DNA of 64,000 nt, taken from NCBI GenBank assembly GCA_030583845.1, contig CP129478.1, forward strand, positions 279,175 to 343,174, given 5' to 3'. Source of the DNA: Candidatus Dojkabacteria bacterium (GTDB lineage: Bacteria; Patescibacteriota; Dojkabacteria; SC72; JAHDCA01). The stretch's first letter is position 1, and each line of letters starts with the position of its first letter. Below, piece after piece: positions 63,942-64,000 of this stretch. A program made the position numbers and the translations under genes. A model generated the notes under the pieces. It saw only the letters and a program-made list of their open reading frames with translations. It did not search any database and had not been told where the DNA came from.

Positions 63942-64000
63942 CTCAGAGTTCGCACAGTATTGGAAATATAGACTCTCGGCTGCCAGCCCTGCTTCACTAA

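Noticed and set aside
1-64000. CRISPR arrays, transposases, integrases, phage genes, rRNA
   Set aside because: None found. No regularly spaced direct repeats with unique spacers, no DDE or tyrosine-recombinase motifs in any frame I read, no rRNA-like segments.

Overview
A 64 kb chromosomal segment of a compact, gene-dense bacterial genome, about 90% coding and mostly on the minus strand. It carries no transposase, integrase or CRISPR array. Its style suggests a small-genome Gram-positive-like or Patescibacteria/Saccharibacteria-like organism: single-chain glyQS, T-box leaders, giant Cys-rich and beta-helical surface proteins, and rpsU-yqeY-ybeY. Taxonomy cannot be settled from the sequence alone. 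Housekeeping genes identified from motifs: ABC ATPase, RNase HIII, cysS, ybaB-recR, dnaX, mfd, pth, ybeY, yqeY, rpsU, rseP, frr, tsf, rpsB, metK, HAD hydrolase, radC, topA, dprA, PBP2-mreD-mreC-mreB, rpmB, an M50 protease, dcd, the rpmG-tRNA-Trp-secE-nusG-rplKAJL cluster, glyQS, trpS, uppS, proS, argS, a second mreB, and seven tRNAs. Non-routine content: (1) after rplL, a locus of four ATP-grasp amidoligases plus a 7TM membrane protein and a DUF1704/QEGLA zincin-like protein, with a T-box-regulated glyQS embedded; the 5' ATP-grasp carries a C-terminal retropepsin-like domain, one ATP-grasp is RimK-like, and two are cyanophycin-synthetase-like but lack the Mur-ligase half. This is a candidate peptide or poly-amino-acid ligation and trimming system. 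(2) A 1929-aa protein with an N-terminal CheY-like receiver domain fused through TM segments to about 1300 aa of tandem beta-helix-like repeats and PEGA/CarboxypepD_reg-like domains. (3) Two structurally well-supported T-box leaders (glyQS, trpS). (4) An 8-copy REP-like hairpin family with core CCGCTAAC(Y)TATAG, one copy serving as the glyQS T-box terminator. (5) A 25-bp palindrome present three times, each just downstream of a cell-wall/shape gene (PBP2, mreB, mreB paralogue). (6) A dnaX -1 frameshift cassette identical to the E. coli A_AAA_AAG_AGU_GA signal. (7) A pair of Cys-rich DUF11 surface-protein genes, one broken by frameshifts. (8) A 69-bp direct repeat of the tRNA-Ser 3' end.
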